Source: Antechinus flavipes
Lineage: Eukaryota
DNA length: 64,000 nucleotides
Assembly: GCF_016432865.1 (NCBI RefSeq)
Contig: NC_067400.1
Coordinates: forward strand, 619,380,001 to 619,444,000
Reading direction: 5' to 3'
Shown here piece by piece: positions 1 to 13,000 of this stretch (positions are counted from its first letter, which is position 1; every line of letters starts with the position of its first letter). Below the pieces are notes generated by a model, which searched no databases, was not told the origin of the DNA, and saw only the letters and a program-made list of their open reading frames with translations. A program made the translations under genes and the position numbers.

Positions 1-2283
1 TGGGAAAAGACAACATACAACCATGTACATGAGAGATGTTTATACTGTAAATGGAAGGTAGCCTCAGAGGGAAGGTGGGGGGATGGCAGGGCTAAGTGAG
101 AGGATAAGAGATCCTGTAGAAGGTAAGATGAAAACCCTGAGTCTTGAAGGAAGCCAGGGAGTGGAGGTGAGGAGGCAGAGCATTTCCGGACATGGAGGAC
201 AGCCCGTGGAAAATCCGCAGAAGGAATGGCTTGTTCCAAGAACAACCTGGAAGCCGGATTCACCGAATTGTAGAGTACATGATAGCCAAATAAGATGTAT
301 GAAGACGGGAAAGTGCCGGGGTTATTTTTTCTTTTCTTTTTGGTAAATAGAGCTCCAATGACTTGCCCAGAGTCACACAGCTAGTGAGTGTCTGAGGCTA
401 GAGACAATTTCAGGCGTTCTTGACGACAAGTCTAAGGTTCTACTTTAGAAAGCTTTGAGAAGCCTCAAGCTGAGAAGTTCAATGGGGAAGGAATATGGAG
501 GTAAGAGAGAAAAGAGAAGAAACAGTCTGAAATATTAGGGGTAGAGGGAAAAGGGAAGCAGAGAAAGACCCCCAGATTATGGGGGAAGGAGGTTGGGATG
601 ACCCAGACGTTTTATCGGGGATTTTTTTTTCAGGACCAGGACCTTCCAATTTTTGCGATTCTCTGAAGCAAATCAAACTTCAGGAATAATGTCGAGGTTT
701 GTAGAGCGGAAAGAGACTCAGTATGGCCTGGAAGGCTATAATATTTTGAAAAGGAACCGAGTAGAAAAACGTGTCAGCTGGAATTGCATATTAAGACTTT
801 TTTTTAAGTGCTGGAAGGGGAAGCAAGATAAAAGAGCTTTCCAATGGAGATTAAGCGGTTGAAACAGAAAACAGAAGTTACACGGTTATATGTAGAAAGG
901 GATGGTCTACCACCAACGAAGAAATAGATGAGAAGTTTGGGAAACAGCCTGCTAGCCCAGCATGGAGGATGGGAGGAAGTGGGAATTATGGGTACCTTCT
1001 AAACTGGCTGTTCTCCAGTTGCTCCTCATCTCTGACTCTTAAAACCCCTCAGTGGCCTTAAAATTTGCCTCCTACAGGAAGCCTCTCCTGCTCTTCCCCA
1101 TTGTTAGTATCCCCCCCCGCCCCCCAAAACCACTTCCATTAGAGTTTCCCGATTTTGTACATGCTGTTTTGTGCCGAGGAACACTAGGGGGCACAGTAGA
1201 GTGCTGGACGCTGAGTCAGGAGGACCATGAAAGACATTTTCCAGCTGTGTAATCTTGGGCAAGATATTTAACCTCTGTCTCATTTTTTTCCCCAACTGTG
1301 TAATCTTGGACAAGATACTTAATCCTTCTGTGTCTCATTTTCCTCATCTGTAAAATGGGGATGATAACAGCACCCACCTCCCAAGATCGTTGGGAGAGTC
1401 AGTGAGATATTTGTAAAATGTTTTTCGGGGCCTTAAAGTCTTAAAGTGAATTTTCCATTAGGAAGTGACTGGGGGGTCAACTCCTTTCTCTGAACTTCAG
1501 AGACTTAACTGTCTTCTAGCTTAGACACGTTGTGATTTTGTAAACTGAGGTTTAAAGAGCAAAGGGAGAAATCTAGGAGAGGGGGAGAGACTGAAAATAA
1601 TAAAGCCAGTGATGGAGTCAGCTTGCAGGGAGGAGGCTAGACTCAAGGTAATAGTGTGGGGGGGGCAGTTTGGCCAGGAACCCTGCCAGACAGCTGGTTC
1701 TAGTTCCTCCTCTTAGCTCCTCCAGGGCCTCGCTGGGTGACATTTGGCAAAGACTCCTCTCCCTGGGCCTCCAATTTCCATCGTATGTGAGAGCTGGAAG
1801 GAATGATCTCCAAGGGCTTCCAGGGTCCTGCTAGGACTATTTTATTGGGAGGCTTAAGATGGGAGAAGTGGTAGCAATAAGGCTTCTGCCCTTCCCTCAG
1901 AGGAGAGTACCTTGGGGCACTTAGCCCAGGTTCCTTATAGCGGGTTCCTCTAGTCCCAAAATGGAGCCCAGGGATTGGTCCAAATAAGCTGGTCCTCAGC
2001 CTGGCTCCCCCTGCTGCCACCTCCTATTTTCATCTCCTATGGGCTTGGCAGGGTAACTGGGTTCGGCATTCAAGGCCTTTGGCATCCTGTCTCTGTCTCT
2101 AAGTGACCGTATAACCTTGGGCAGCTAATACGCAAAGGGCTCTGGGAGTTTCTCAGTTTCCCAGTATGTCAAACGGAGGGATTAGAGCGGAGCATCCACC
2201 TTTGTCTGCTTCACAGGGGCCTTGCCCTCCCCGTCCCCCAGAGGGAGGAAGGGGGACAGCTGGGCACGGGTCCGGGCTCTCAC

Positions 2284-3569
2284 CTTTCCAGCGGTTGCGG
2301 TACACGGTGGTCCGGCACAGCTCCTGCCCCGGGAGGCACTCCTCCACCGAGCACGGCCCGTGGCTCTCGCAGTGGTAACAGCTCAAGCCCGAGCAAACTG
2401 GGGAGAGAGGGACGGTTCCGTGAGGGGGCTGCTCGGGCCGGGGCTTCGCACCCGCTGAGCCTCGGTTCTTCCTCCGCCCCGACGTTCCGCGGCCCCTATC
2501 CTCCCCGTTGTCCCTCCCTGTTTCAGCCTCCCTCGAAGTCTCTCCATCCCGGCCCTCCCGCTGTCTCCCCCCTTTTCCCCTTCCCCCATCCCTTCAGCGG
2601 CTTCTCACCTGCGTCCTTTCCCTGTCCCTCACTCGAGCTCTGCCCTCCCCCCACCCGTATTCTGTCCCCTCCCGGACCCACCCCTGGCCCTATTCCAGGG
2701 CCCTCGAGTCCCCCCAGCCGGTGTCCTAGCCCTGACTGTTCCCAACCCCCACCTCTGGATCCCGGCCGCCTTCCCCGCCCTCGATCCCTCCAGTGGACCC
2801 TCTTTCGTGGTTTACTCACATCCCTAGCTGCGCTTCCCTTGGGTTACTCATCCCCCCCCCCCCGGGGGCTGCTTCCTTCCCGCACCCCCTCCCCCGCCCC
2901 CAGCTTGACTAAGTTCCTCTATCTCCGGTTTCCCAACCCCGGGTCTGATCTGAGTGCGAGCTGGCGGGGGAGGGGGCGGGAGGACCCCTCCTGAAGCGCC
3001 ACCAGCGCCCGATCCCTCCCGTCGAAGCCCTCAAGTCTCAGACGGGCCCTCGGAGGACTGGCGGCCCCCCTCCCTGCGTCCGCAGGGCTGCCCTCTTCCT
3101 ATTCCCATCCTCCGTGTCTCCCTCCAAAGGGTCCCGACGGCCTGATTTCTCCGAGTCCGCCAGTCTATCCGAGCTCGAAAGCCGGGGTCGGCAGCTGGCT
3201 CCCCGGGCCAACCCAGAGACGCCCCTTCCCGGCCTGTGACTCAGTTCTCTCATCTTTAAAATAACGGGGTTGGATTAGCGGGCTGACAGCCCTCACCCCC
3301 CAGATCTAGGATCCCCCTGGGGAGCGGGGACCCTGAATGAGGGCGTGCTTGCCCCCAGCTGCCTGTCTCTTCCCCTTTCTCTACCATACTTTATTTCTTC
3401 CTGAGTTTCGGTCTGTCTTGGGCTCCCCTCAGGAGAATTACGCGAAGAAGGCTCTTTTTCCCCTCCTTTCTCCAGAAACTCCAGAACCCCCTTCCCAGAA
3501 TCCTCTGGGTCACCCACCTGGAGCCCGGGCTGAAGCCAGCCACAGGAGGCACAGGGTCAGCGCCCTCAT
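2284..3569 (-). CDS. PLAUR: Urokinase plasminogen activator receptor, coding exons 1-2 (partial; rest lies left of the window)
   Basis: Exon 1 3569-3518 (52 nt, MRALTLCLLWLASARAP, signal peptide, GT donor). Exon 2 2397-2284 (114 nt, phase 1-1, AG/GT) gives VCSGLSCYHCESHGPCSVEECLPGQELCRTTVYRNRWK, matching uPAR domain I (human CRVEECALGQDLCRTT). Position and strand relative to IRGC/SMG9/KCNN4 match human. Confidence 0.88.
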
Positions 3570-3693
3570 GTCCAGCTAATTGCAAACACTCTCCCCCTCC
3601 GCCGGGCTGAGACTGAGCTCGAACCGATTTGTCCCATCTCTTGAGGGAGGTTTCACGCGCTCTCGGACGGGCCGGCTCCTCCCTGAGGCCGCA

Positions 3694-3703
3694 GGAACTC
3701 CCC
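3694..3703 (-). promoter_or_regulatory. NF-kB-type site upstream of PLAUR exon 1
   Basis: GGAACTCCCC = GGGGAGTTCC on the minus strand, fits GGGRNNYYCC; 125 bp upstream of the PLAUR ATG in a GC-box-rich CpG island. Confidence 0.5.
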
Positions 3704-4132
3704 CTCCCCGCCCCCGCGGCCGAGCCCGGGCCCCTCCTACTCCACGCCCTCTCTCTCCGCCTGCGGCTACCTGGCTCTTTCCCTTTCCCCCATTTCGGAC
3801 TGCGTCCGCCCGGGTCCCTCCCCCCATCGCTCAGCGTCCCGACGTCCGAGTTCTCCCACCTTCTAGCCCGTTTTCTCTCTCCCTGCGTCTTCCTTCTCCT
3901 CCTGGCTCCCTCGTACCTGTCCTCCGTCGGTTTCTTTGCCTGTATCTCCGTCTGCTTTTTCACCTGTCCGTGTCTTCCCACGTCGGGCTGTCTCCCTCTT
4001 AAGCTCCTGGTCTCTCTCTGTTTCCCAGCCTCTCTCTCCTCTCCTTGTCCTTCTCTCCAAGTCTCAGTTTCTCTTTCCTTTAGAGAGACTGACCATTTTT
4101 AGCATCTGACTCACCATTTCTTCTTCTTCTTC

Positions 4133-4960
4133 TTTTTAATAGCTTTTTATTTACAAGTTATCTGCATGGGTCATTTTTCAGCATCGACAATTTCCAAACC
4201 TTTTGTTCCAATTGCTCCCCTCCTTCCCCCCACCCCCTCCCCCAGATGGCAGGTTGACCGATACATGTTAAATATGTTAAAGTCTAAGTTAAATATAATA
4301 TAAATATACATGTCCTAACCGTTATTTTGCTGTATAAAAAGAGTGGGATTCTGAAATAGTGCACCATTAGTCTGGGAAGGAAATCCAAAATGCAGGCAGA
4401 GAAGAATAGGGGGGTTGGGAATTCTATGGAATGGTTCTTAGTCATCTCCCAGAGTTATTTCTCTGGGTGTAGCTGGTTCAGTTCATTCCTGCTCCATTAG
4501 AACTGATTTGGTTCATCTCGTTGCTGAAGAGGGCCCCGTCCATCAGAATGGATCATCGCATAGTGTTGTTGTTGAAGTAAATAATGATCTCCTGGCCCTG
4601 CTCATTTCCCTCAGCATCAGTTCCTGTCAGTCTCTCCAGGCCTTTCTGAAATCCTCCTGCTGCTCATTTCTTACAGAACATTAATATTCCATAACATTCA
4701 TATACCATACTTTATTCGGCCATTCGCCCAATGATGGGCATTCCCTCAGTTTCCAGTTTCTAGCCACTACAAACAGGGCTGCCACAAACATTCTGGCACA
4801 TACAGGCCCCTTTCCCTTCTTTAGTATCTCTTTGGGGTATAAGCCCAGTAGAAACACTGCTGGATCAAAGGGGATGCACAGTTTGATCACTTTTTGAGCA
4901 CAGTTCCAAACCGCTCTCCAGAATGGCTGGATGTGTTCACAATTCCACCATGAATGTATC
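4133..4960 (-). mobile_element. LINE-1 3' fragment (ORF2 C-terminus + 3'UTR)
   Basis: ORF 4890-4681 IPFDPAVFLLGLYPKE...RMFVAALFVVARNWKLRECPSLGEWPNKVWYMNVMEY matches the L1 ORF2p C-terminus; T-rich tail at about 4133. Confidence 0.9.
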
Positions 4961-5272
4961 AGTCTGACTTAGCATTTCTTAATTATCTCTGCTAGGCAGG
5001 GTGGCAGACAGGGTGCTGGGTCTGAAATCAGGAAGATCTGAATTCCAATCTAGCCTCAACCACCTCCCAGCTGTGTGATCCTGGGCAAATCAACCTCTGT
5101 TTGCCTTGGTTTCATCAGCTGCAACAGCTGGCTCTCCCTATCTCGGTGTCTGTGTGAATTTGTTCTTTCCACCTCCCCCCCATCAGCGTCTCTCCCCAAG
5201 TCCAGTGTTTGTCTTCCTGTCCAGGTCTCTCCGTCTGTCTCCACCTGTGTCTCTGTGTTCCTCCAGTCTCGC

Positions 5273-5590
5273 TGAGTCAGGAGCAGCCCCAAGTGCCCCC
5301 ATCAGCCTCCGGGGAAGGCCCTGGGCTGCGATACTGGATGTGTGACTGATTGAGTCACACTGGGCAGGGCCGGCTCCACCCCAACCACTCACAGAACTCA
5401 AATTCCTAGCCCAAAGGACCTTTGTGCCTAATATGGCAGTCTTTAAGAGGGAGAAACTTTGAGAGAAAGAAGGGTTATAGGGAGACACATCCCGGAGCTG
5501 AGACTCCAAAGCCGTGGGGATAGGGGGCAGGTAGGGTGTGGTGTGAGGGCTGAGTCAGGCCTCCTGCTCTGTTTCCCCCCAGGAAGTGAC
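5273..5590. promoter_or_regulatory. Candidate enhancer: 3x AP-1, CArG box, ETS site
   Basis: TGAGTCA at 5273, 5351 and 5551; CCTAATATGG at 5427-5436; AGGAAGTG at 5581. Confidence 0.55.
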
Positions 5591-8500
5591 CTCAGCTTTG
5601 GCCATCCCAGATCAGGCGTGTGTCACCCTGACCCTGACCCTGATCTTCAAAGCCCCCCTCCCTCCCAGCCCCCGGCCCGCCGTTCCTCTTCCAGTCAGCA
5701 CAGAGGCAGACTGACCCACTCGGAACGGCAGGAGGTAGAGGCGCGTAGCCGGGCTGAGCCCTGCGTGATGTCCCATCAGTCTCCGGGCCTTTGCCTGGCA
5801 CATGTCGGGGGATCTATACCCGGACCTCCTGCCTCCTCGGAAACTCCTTTCTCTACCTCCTTCCTCACCAGCCTGTTCCTAATCCCCTCCCTCAGTGGCT
5901 GGCACCTTCTCTCCCTGCTCCAGATAAACTTGGACTTACTTATGGGGTGGGACCTCACAGGCCACAGTCCCATCCTCATTTCATCAAAGAGGGAAACTGA
6001 GGCTGGAGGTGTCAAGCTACTTGTCCAAGCGCTCAAGGGATTTGAATCTAGCTTCAGAGCTCTTTCCCCTTTATCATCCACTGCTCCCCCTCACCGTGTC
6101 CGATCAGTTGTAAAGTCTATCGATGGCCATCTCTGCTAATTACACCTGTCACATTCGGCCCTTATCTCCATTCTCCCGCCAACAACTTAATTGCCTCTCA
6201 TTGGAATCAGTAATTAATTGGTTCCTTTATTCTAGCCTTTCCCCTCTTTCACTCAGCTCCAGAATAATCTGATACACAGATTTCCCCTTCTGGGATTATT
6301 ACCACCAGGAAGAAACTTCTCTGCCCTGGCAGTCTGGATTTAACCCCCAGGCTTTGGGGTTCAATTTCAGACAAGCTGGCTGAGTTTTGAACCCTTCAGC
6401 GTATCTGCTCCCGGTACGACCCCCTTTCCTTCCCAGAATGCTCTTCCTTCTCACTTTGCTGCCTAGAATTCTGCCCTCGGTTACCCTTCCTCCATAACCC
6501 CTTTCCTGATAATACCAGCTGAGAATTCTCTCCCTCCCTCTCCCTCCCCCCCCCCCCCCCCCATCTAGAAGGCCAGCTCCTTGGGCGCAGAGCCCTTGGT
6601 TTGGGTTTTGTAGTCACTCCTCGTGGAAGGTGCTTAATGTTTGCTGACTGGCAACTCCTCTGAGCTCCTTTCCCTCAGAGCTTCCTGGCGCTGAGAGCAC
6701 CCCCTCTGTCCAGGGGAGGGGATGAGGGACACCCCACTCTCTGCCTTCTTCCTAGAACAGATGCAGCCCTTCACTGAGCTTCAGCATCTCCTGTGAACAT
6801 GGAACTGTTACGTATGAGGGGGAGGGGGCTGTATGGAGGGTTTAGGCCCGGACTTCAGGGATTCAGGTCTAACTCCCTCTGGACCTTGGACCTGGGACCT
6901 TCCCTTCAGTGGCAGGCAGGCAGATGGGGTTGGGATCCAAGGTCTCCGGGGTTTCCTCTGATTCCAGTCTCCCAGTGTTAGGTCCTGGCTAAAAGCCCTC
7001 ATGAAAGATCCGATCGGAAAGGAATCAGTTAATCATAGAGTGCAGTTCTGGGAGGGACCCCCCCGATGTCGCTGAGCTCAGTCCCCGAGGGCAGCTCAGT
7101 GGTTCAGCGGCTAGATCTCTGGCTCTTCGGTCAGGAGGACCTGAATGTAAATGTGGCCTCCGACACGTCCCGGCTCTGCGATCCTGGGCAAGTCCCTTCA
7201 CCCTGTTTGCCTCAGTTCCTCATCTATAAAGGGAGGTCCAGAGGGAAATGGCAAATCTCTAGTGTTTCTGCCAAGAAAAGCCCAAGGTGGGTCCCAAAGA
7301 GTAGGACACGGCCGAAATGACTGGAAAGCAACCCAGTGTCGTTTAAGCTCGACTGCTACAAAAAATAAAAGTGTGCGATCTTTTGGCTGTTTCCTGCCTG
7401 GCTCATGTGGCAGAGAGAGTTCCTCACCATAGCTGAAGGGCCAGGGGAGTGGGCTCAGGGGCTGTGCCCCCAGCCTTCCTGGCTCAAAGTCACCGGAAGC
7501 CCAGGACTCAAGGGAAGAGGTCTATGAAGCTGGCGTTTAGTGCCCGGGGCCCGAGACCGGAGGGACAAGGAAGGGCAGCTCGGGCCAGGTCTCCACCTAA
7601 TACCCCCCTTCTCAGGGAGCACTGAGGTTCAGAGAAGGGAATCTTTCTTTTTTCTTTTTCTTTTTCTTTATTTTATTTTTTTAAGGGAATCTTTGTGAGG
7701 TCAGTTAGCCAGAGAACTAAACCTGGAAATCGGCCGGGTCTTTTCGCCTCCTCCAGGGCCCTCCCTCGGCTGGCAGGTCCAGATTGGGCCGGGCTAGCTC
7801 AAGGTTGGCGAGTCCCGAGTATGGGGGGGATCCCCACCTCCCTTCTTGCTGCCTGAGGGCCTCCACCCTCTCTCCTCCCCCGTAGGTGTTTGCTCTGGCC
7901 AGGCACGCCCTGGGGGAAGAACTAGGGCCTGGTCATACAGGAGCTTGGCCCTCGGAGTTTCCCAGATACCCACCCTGACTCCATTTTGCAGAAAGGCAAA
8001 TAAAGGCACAAAAAAGATTAGGACTCGCAGAGCTGGGAGCGGGTCCCAGTTTTTCACTTTCTGCCCCCAAACCCCCAGGGCTGAAACAGAGTGAGCCTCC
8101 AGCCCAGGGAGCTTCCCACCTCCAGTCCCCATCCCTTCCCCTCGATGCTGTCCAGGAATACACAAATCCACGATGCTGGGTGGGTGGCAGCCCTCCTCCC
8201 CCCGGCCCAACCTCGCTCGGGCCTCCTCCCCATTTCCCTATGCACACAGAAAACCTGTTTTTCCATAGCCTTCTAGGGAAAACATTTCCCTCCCTTTCTG
8301 GCGTCTGCCCTGCAGGACTGACTGAAGAACAGGGGGCTGGGATGAGCCCCAGAGAGGGCCCCGTTCCCCCCAATTTAGCAGCGACTTTTCCACAGAACAA
8401 AAATGAGGAATGGACGGGTGTTTGCTCTTGGTTCCTGAGCAGGAAGACCAAGGCTTCCGTGACTGGTTACAGAGGTCGTTCCTTGCCAGCGTGTGTTTGC

Positions 8501-8869
8501 CCACCAATGGGCATACAGTAAGCACTTAATAAATGCTTAGAGCGCGCCCACCTTTTATTACATGGGCTGTCATGCAGAACACAGAAGGTCCATTGAGGAG
8601 CTTTAGCTCCCAGACCATTTTGAGCAGGAATTCATCTTTTTTGTGTGTTTGCTTTTTATACCATAGACCTGAAGGCCCATTCTCCAAAGGTTTTTAAATG
8701 CACAAAACAAAATGCATAGAACGACAAAGGAAATCGGTTATATTGAGGTACAGTTAACAAAATATAAAACAAGTCCAATGATTTAAGGGAACCAATTATA
8801 TTGAGGCACATTTAGAATATTAAACACATCCGCTGACCCAAGGAAACCAACTTATGTTGAGGCACAGTT

Positions 8870-9260
8870 TTTTTTTTTATTTTTTAATAACTTTTTATTA
8901 ACAGAATCCATGCCTGGGTAATTTTTTTACAGCATTATCCCTTGCACTCATTTCTGTTCCGATTTTTCCCCTCCCTCCCTCCACCCCCCTCCCCCAGAGG
9001 GCAAGCAGTCCTTTACATGTTAAATATGTCACAGTATAGATACAATATATGTGTGCAGAACCGAACAGTTTTCTTGTTGCACAGGGAGAATTGGATTCAG
9101 AAGGTAAAAATAACCCGGGAAGAAAAACCAAAATGCAAACAGTTTATATTCATTTCCCAGTGTTCTTTCTTTGGGTGTAGCTGCTTGTGTCCATCCTTGA
9201 TTAATTGACACTGAATTCGCTCTCTTTAACAAAGAGAGCCACTTCCATCAGAATACATAT
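8870..9260 (-). mobile_element. LINE-1 3'UTR fragment
   Basis: Poly-T followed by aataactttttattaacagaatccatgcc...cccttgcactcatttctgttccg; homologous copy at 53880-54155 and related ends at 4133 and 22913. Confidence 0.8.
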
Positions 9261-10012
9261 ATTGAGGTACAGTTAACAAAATATTAAGGAAACAAGTTCA
9301 GTGACTCTGGATTAAGAACTGCTGCTAGAACTTTAAAGATGAACTAAGACCTAGAGAAGGTAAATCAACTTTTTATAGAATTATAGGAGTCAGAGGTAGA
9401 TCGTCTGGTCTGATACTTTACAGATTTTATTTTTAATTATTAAATTTTATCTTTTTCAACTACCACTTTTTTTTTTTTTGCGTGGCTCCCCACCCCCCAC
9501 TAGGAAAAAAAAAGAAAAGCAAAACATTTGTAATTATTGGTCTCCTTTATTTCAAAAACAAGGGACTAGCTTGATATGGGGCTTCGATGCAGAAGGATCC
9601 GAGTTCAAATGCTCCCTCAGGTACGAGACGGTATTTTCATCACTTAACCTCACCTGGAAAATGGGGGCTTTAGGTCCATGTCCACCAAGGTCCCTTTCTG
9701 CTGTGCGTCTATGATCTTATGGAAACTGAGGAGAGAGAAAGAAGTGGCCGTGGCCAGGTTTACGCAGGGAATCATGTCAGGCTCCCTGCGGATCCTGGGC
9801 TGGCTCAGACCCCGTCTTGAGCGCGGGCCTGAGAAAAGCCTTTTCAGCATCCTTTTGGAATCTAAGGGGTTACTGTGTTCTGGGTGTGGGTGGTGGCCGG
9901 CCTCGGCTCCACTGTTTGCTTTTCTATCTCGCCCGGCCCCTGGTACCTGGATAAAAGGACCCAATGCCCTCTGTCCCGACTTTCCTCCCGGGCCCTCCCG
10001 TCCTTAGCCACA

Positions 10013-13000
10013 ATGATCTTGGTCCTTGGGCTCCTCTGTATCCTAGTTGCCCCTGGAGGTGAGTAGAGGGGTTTCTCCGGGGGGAGATGTCTGCCTGCCC
10101 TTCTATGTTGTGGCTCCCCTCTTTCTCTTCCCTGGAAGCTCTGGGTCCGTGTTCCAGCCCCACCCTGGACTTGAGATATGATGGGGGCCCCTCCGAGCTC
10201 CCCCGAGCCTCCGTTTCTTATGGGATGTTGGACACAATGATCTCTAAGGGGTCTTTCCGGCGCTGATCTTCTGTGATCTCAAGAATTCTCTCAGATCTGA
10301 GGGAGCTCTCTGGGACTCGGTCTCCTCCAAAAATGAGGGGGTGGATTCTCTCCCGTGACCCTCAGATTCTCCCTCTCATGGTCGCCCCGGCCTCTCCTCC
10401 CCTTCCGAACCCCAGCCCCTGCTCCCTCTGCCCAACACGCCTTCCCGCTGGCCTCCCCACTCCCATTTACCCTCTGTCTTGACCCAGAATGATAGCACTG
10501 GATTCCAACCGAGAGAACTGGGTTCTGGAGCAAACGACTGCTCTCTCAACTTGGGTCATGGCTTAAAAATCTCTGGGTCTTCTACGGCTCCTCTGTAAGC
10601 TGAGGATGACGACCTTGGTGACCTCTAAAGTTCAGGCCAGCTTAAAATCCTATTTTCCTGTTGGTGTATGACTGNNNNNNNNNNNNNNNNNNNNNNNNNN
10701 NNNNNNNNNNNNNNNNNNNNNNNNNNNNNNNNNNNNNNNNNNNNNNNNNNNNNNNNNNNNNNNNNNNNNNNNNNNNNNNNNNNNNNNNNNNNNNNNNNNN
10801 NNNNNNNNNNNNNNNNNNNNNNNNNNNNNNNNNNNNNNNNNNNNNNNNNNNNNNNNNNNNNNNNNNNNNNNNNNNNNNNNNNNNNNNNNNNNNNNNNNNN
10901 NNNNNNNNNNNNNNNNNNNNNNNNNNNNNNNNNNNNNNNNNNNNNNNNNNNNNNNNNNNNNNNNNNNNNNNNNNNNNNNNNNNNNNNNNNNNNNNNNNNN
11001 NNNNNNNNNNNNNTCTCTGCAAAATGGGGCACAAAGAGTAATCCGGGATTCTTCCTCCCTTTTTTTTGTCATGGGCTCCTTAGACGGTCTGTGGAAGTCT
11101 AGGAATCTCTTCTCAAATCCCCCTTTTTTTACTACTTGAAGGAAATGATAGATGTTCAGGGTGCAGTTCTCTCCCCGCCACGAGCCCCGCGTTAAGAACT
11201 CCCGGATGGATGCATCTCTGACCGCGTCACCACTGGGAGCCTCTGATCCCGGGCCACGGGGAGCGGGCGGCCCCTGCCAGTTTCTGGGCCCGTCCCCCTC
11301 CTGTGCGGTGGAGGGGAGCGGGCCAGTGTCTCCCATCACGGTCTCCCACGACTCTCTTCTCCAGCTTCCAGCTCCAATCGGACGACATGCCTGTCCTGCT
11401 CCGACCCGGGAAAGTGCCACGAGATCACGTGCTCCCTGAACCAGAGCTTCTGCCTTCTCAACTACTCCGGCTCCGGTGCGGGGAAGGCCCTGGGGAGGGG
11501 GGCCGGTGGGGGCAGGGACGGGAGGGGCCTGGGAGCAGCCCCCGGATTTAGGGACGGGGAGGGAATGGCCAGGAAGGGGAAGGGCCGGGTGAGAGGTCGG
11601 GGGCAGGGGGGGAGGCGGCGTTTTGGAATGGGAGGGAGGGGGGCCTCTGATCGCACCCCCTGATGCTGTCCCCCCACCGCTCCACCCGCAGACAAAGAAC
11701 TCTTGAAGAACCTCTGCATGGATAAGCAGACTTGCTGGGATTATGTGCACCAGCTGAACAATATGTCCCATACCAACGTCTCCTGTTGCCAAGGAAACTG
11801 CTCAGGTATGGTCAGCTCCAAGGGGAGGAGGGAAGGGGGAGGACCGGGGTGCCCCAGGAGGAGGACCACAGTGCCTCAGGGGGAGGATCACAGTGCCTCA
11901 GGGGGAGGACCAGAGTGCCCCAGGAGGAGGACCACAGTGCCTCAGGGGGAGGACCAGAGTGCCTCAGGGGGAGGACTAGAGTGCCTCAGGGGGAGGACCA
12001 CAGTGCCTCAGGAGGAGGACCAGAGTGCCTCAGGGGGAGGACCAGAGTGCCTCAGGGGGAGGACCAGAGTGCCCCAGGAGGAGGACCACAGTGCCCCAGG
12101 GGGAGGACCACAGTGCCTCAGGGGGAGGACTTCGGGGGCCCTAGGAGGAGGAGGAATCTCCCGAGGGGAGGGGTGGAGTCCCAGCCACTGACTGAACCTG
12201 ACTGTGACAGGAAGTTCTGGAGAACTTTTAGGCCCTGCCCCCTCCCCCTCCTGCCTCTAAGCCCCCTCCTCGCTCTCTCCGCAGAACCCACCACCACCTC
12301 AGGGGAACACAAGAACACCACCTGTTTCTCCTGCCCAGACTCTGGGCCCTGCCACAGCTTCCTCTGTCCTGCCGGGAAGGACACCTGCCTCAGCATGGTG
12401 GAGGCCCAAGGTGAGTGGCCGGAGTTGCCCCGGAGCTCCCTGGGGGCCCACGAGCGCCCTTTCCTGGCCAGGGCAGAACTCCTGGGCCGGCCGTCCTTGG
12501 AGCCGGGACTGCTGTTGGTGCAAAGGCCTGTGCGGGGACGGGGAGGAGCCTCCCTCGTGTCCCCCCCGCTGAAGCCCAAGGGGATCTCTGACTCCCTCCG
12601 TGGCCTGCAGAGAGTCCCAGCCGCCTTCCAGAGCCCGGAGAGACAGAGACAGAGACGCAGAGAGAGCTGAGAGACAGAGGCAGAGCAGGGGGAGACAGGA
12701 GGGGAACGGGACAGAGAGACAGGGAGGAGATAGTAGGGGGGACGGGGAGGAGAAAGCCCGAAGGGAAAAGGAGGCAGAGGCAGAGCAGGATGGGGGAGAG
12801 ACGGAGGAACGCCGAGTCACAAGTCTCCAGTTGGAATTCTGATTCTGTTTAATTTGTCAGGCGTCTAGCGATGGCTCTCTTTGGCAGCCTGTGAGCCCGG
12901 GGCCACTGGGTGCAAACCGAGCCCCCCTCCCCCTCCGGGGCTCAGGCTCAGTGTGAAGGGGGATTTGGACCGGAGGCCTCCTAAGGTCCTTATGATCCCA

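Noticed and set aside
1-2283. PLAUR exon 3 or later exons
   Set aside because: No minus-strand segment with the expected KSC...C..DLCN pattern and splice sites was found; the region looks like old SINE/LINE debris, so these exons probably lie left of the window.
10625-11792. Long ORFs spanning the N gap
   Set aside because: Artefacts of N translation.
11703-12670. 162-aa and 312-aa ORFs
   Set aside because: Read-through of real LU exons into the 22-nt VNTR intron; the spliced model explains the Cys-rich parts.
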